A stretch of 63,166 nt of DNA, filler included, from Octopus bimaculoides (taxonomy: Eukaryota), in the NCBI RefSeq assembly GCF_001194135.2. It is 4 parts of 3 records of this genome, joined end to end, with 100 filler letters (N's around TTAATTAATTAA, not from the genome) between each part and the next. Parts side by side here need not be neighbours in the genome. Positions count along the whole stretch, not along the records: positions 48,709 to 63,166 come from NC_068993.1; 3 more parts are not named here. The stretch is one strand, 5' to 3'. Positions 61,467 through 63,166 of the stretch are shown in pieces. Each line of letters opens with the position of its first letter. Position 1 is the first letter of the stretch. The notes under the pieces were generated by a model, which saw only the letters and a program-made list of their open reading frames with translations, searched no databases and had not been told where the DNA came from. The position numbers were made by a program, and so were the translations under genes.

Positions 61467-62139
61467 CGTGTTTTTTTAAGCGAATCTACCCTCACACACG
61501 CGTGCACAATATGTATGTACATACATATATATAGATAGACAGATGTGTTCGGTGCATATACTTGCGCGCGCGCACTCACACACACACACACACAACATTC
61601 CCTTCCCTTCAGTTCTTAATCTCCCATTCCACTATTCTGCTATATTTTTCTATTCTCTATTCTCTGGTAAATTTTTCCCTAAATATTTATTATACTCCGA
61701 GCAGTTTTAATCATGGTTCTTTGTTTCGAGTTCAAATCACGCCTAGATCGACTTTACCTTTTACCATTTGAGGAACCAGTAAAATGAAATACCAGTTATA
61801 TACCGCGGCAAGCATAATCGTTGATAACCTTTCACCATCACCCACCACCCACAAGAAAAAAATAATAATGATAATAATAATAATAATAATAATGACGTGA
61901 GGTTTGTCTTTGTTAGGAATCCTTATTTTACCAAAGATGACAGATTCACAGAATCGGTACCGAGTTAACCAAAATATCCAGTGATATTCAAATCTCGCTG
62001 ATGGTTGCCTGAATCGGTCGAGCATCGGTTAAAATAGCCTTAAATTCTGTGTTTAAATTCCTGCCTTAGTTTGTTTTTCGTCCTTCTTTGGTCGATGAAA
62101 TCAAATACAGTCATATATTAAAGTCCCCTAGACATTACT

Positions 62140-62345
62140 GTCTTGACTTCCAGAACTCATGGGGCTGCTTACCTGATTTCCATGGTGTATAAGTGACCAA
62201 GGTCCCAACATTCCGCCTGAACGGAGTGCCGGTCCGTTGTTGGGTGTAACCCGTTTACAGCTGAGTAGACTGGAGCAACGAGAAATGAAGTGTTTTGCTC
62301 AACAACACAATTCACGATCGTGAGGGCAACTCTTTAACCACTAAA
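62140..62345 (-). mobile_element. tRNA-derived SINE sharing the family C domain
   Basis: cagctgagtagactggagcaacgagaaatgaagtgttttgctcaacaacaca..ctttaaccact. Confidence 0.7.
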
Positions 62346-63166
62346 CCTGGCACTTTCAGTCATATACTGGGTCCAATTAAGTCGACTCCGGCCATCCCTA
62401 ATAATTTATAATTTTCTGTGAGTGTTAGAAACCAATGTTTTGTTTAAACTTCTATTTTTTATACTCTTTTCAGAGTTTGCAAAACTGGTAAGAGGGAAGG
62501 TGGGGGGGGGGTGTTTCCCCCTCGGAACAGCAACTGGGTCCTAATGTTTACAACAGAGTGGACTCTACTAAAGATAGTCAAGGATCAGGTGGTGATGTTT
62601 GACCATTCGAGGAACGGCTTAAGTTAGCCACCGAAGAACACCAGATGATTCTTCCATCGGTTTTTATTCCATATTTTTACCATCGGCCAAATTTCACCCC
62701 AAGACATTAATCGATCTAAGGGGGTTTGAAACCTAAACCATGAAGATGCGAAGCGAGTCATTTAACCACACATCCATGCTTATTAACAAAATGACTAAAT
62801 ACATCTCGGAAATATAATTATTCTTTACATTATGTTCGATATCAAATTTTTATTGATTATATACATAATCGACCAAATCAATTGATTATAAATTTATTGA
62901 CTCTGAATCAATAAAAGACAAAGTAGACGTCGATGGGTTTTGAACACAGAATGTTGAGGTATGAGACTAATTATTCTAAATAATGTTATTTGCGAAGGGC
63001 GGGGGAGAATTATCCCAGGGGTCCCTTCTGTAAGAAAGATATACAGGTAAGTGAGGGCTGCCATGTTGTGAGATAAAAGAAAAAAAAATGTTTTAATTAA
63101 AATTTCATTCGTATTGAAGAAGAGGCGGCGAATTGGCAGAAGAGTCGTTAAAACGCTGAATACAAT

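Noticed and set aside
62474-62493. Micro-exon-like ttcag/AGTTTGCAAAACTG/gtaaga, and a strong donor cag/gtaagt near 63046
   Set aside because: 14 nt is not frame-preserving, there are no partner exons or homology, and such sites arise by chance.
990-63166. tRNA-like A/B boxes
   Set aside because: They all belong to SINE heads; no complete cloverleaf tRNA gene was seen.
1-63166. CRISPR arrays, rRNA or prokaryotic operons
   Set aside because: No regularly spaced repeat-spacer arrays or rRNA-like sequence; the content is eukaryotic repeat DNA.

Overview
AT-rich animal DNA with about 25 N-gaps and no recognisable host protein-coding exon. The tRNA-derived SINE families, dense microsatellites and RTE LINEs point to a coleoid cephalopod, most likely Octopus (inference from repeat content). 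The window is a repeat graveyard. It contains RTE-clade LINEs, R4/Dong-like retrotransposons with a restriction-like endonuclease (one copy flanked on both sides by (TAA)n), Penelope-like element (PLE) remnants, mariner, Merlin and hAT-like DNA transposon relics, and more than 20 SINEs. The least obvious signal is a set of hammerhead ribozyme (HHR) motifs, most of them the minimal Type I form with a palindromic helix III typical of PLEs and retrozymes. Three have a fully canonical core: 36199-36285(+), and a pair at 23370-23455(-) and 23600-23685(+) that form a 388-bp palindrome. Others are near-canonical or degenerate, including one split exactly in its GAAAC core by a Merlin transposon. All structures were read by eye. 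Family names come from motif recognition, not database searches.
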